Positions 63,558 to 64,000 of a stretch of 64,000 nt of DNA are shown here, one piece after another (the stretch's first letter is position 1; each line of letters opens with the position of its first letter). The stretch is from Callorhinchus milii (lineage: Eukaryota). The stretch spans positions 3,536,001-3,600,000 of the forward strand of contig NW_024704742.1 of NCBI RefSeq assembly GCF_018977255.1, in the 5' to 3' direction. Below the pieces are notes generated by a model that was not told where the DNA came from, did no database searches, and saw nothing but the letters and a program-made list of their open reading frames with translations. The translations under genes were made by a program, and so were the position numbers.

Positions 63558-64000
63558 TAGTTCTGGGCACCACACTATAGGGAGGATGTTAAGGCATTGG
63601 AAAGGGTGCAGAGGAGATTTACGAGGATGGTACCAGGAATGAGGGACCGTGATTTTGAGGAAAGGCTGGAGAGGCCGGGATTATTCTCATCGGAGCAGAG
63701 AAGGTTACGAGGAGACCTAATAGAGATCTTCAAAATCGTGAGGGGATTTGATAGGTGAGAAAGGGAAAAAGTGTTTCCACTGATGGGTGCGTCGGTGACT
63801 CGAGGTCACAGATTCAAAGCAGTCTCTGAAAGAAGCCGAGGGGAGGTGAGAAGAAATGTTGTCACGCAGCGAGTTGTTCGAATCTGGAATGCATTGCCTG
63901 AAAGGGCGGTGGATTCGATAACTACTTTTAAAAACGGGGTGGACGGGTATTTGAGGAGGACGGGTCTGCAGGGTTGCGGGGAAAGGGCTGGGGAGTGGGA
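63558..64000 (+). mobile_element. CR1 LINE ORF2 C-terminal fragment, runs off the window end
   Basis: FWAPHYREDVKALERVQRRFTRMVPGM...EERLERPGLFSSEQRRLRGDLIEIFKIVRGFDR...TRGHRFK...TQRVVRIWNALP. Confidence 0.93.

Overview
This 64-kb window is repeat-dense, essentially non-coding vertebrate DNA, either a long intron or an intergenic region. The repeat repertoire points to a cartilaginous fish, most plausibly a holocephalan such as elephant shark; this is inferred from recalled repeat consensus sequences, not from a database search. No host protein-coding gene, RNA gene or CRISPR array can be identified with confidence. The ORF track is explained by SINE/LINE fragments, simple repeats and chance. 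The main components are: (1) an abundant ~370-bp SINE (family A) with a tRNA-Ala-like head, a CORE-like segment and a (TTA)n tail; (2) a Deu-domain SINE (family B, SacSINE1-like) that shares family A's 3' ~200 bp; (3) decayed L2 and CR1 LINE fragments, including two L2 reverse-transcriptase remnants at 49.9-52.5 kb; (4) a probable 688-bp solo LTR; (5) a hAT-like MITE with an internal hairpin, present in two copies; and (6) single ancient LF-SINE-like and AmnSINE2-like fragments. The signals these do not explain are a GC-rich island at ~48.55-48.78 kb with strong codon-like periodicity next to a 14-bp ETS-CRE match overlapping an E-box, a 105-bp near-perfect hairpin at 58.24-58.35 kb, and several TAAT-rich unique blocks that resemble conserved enhancers. 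I found no evidence for a new multi-gene system.
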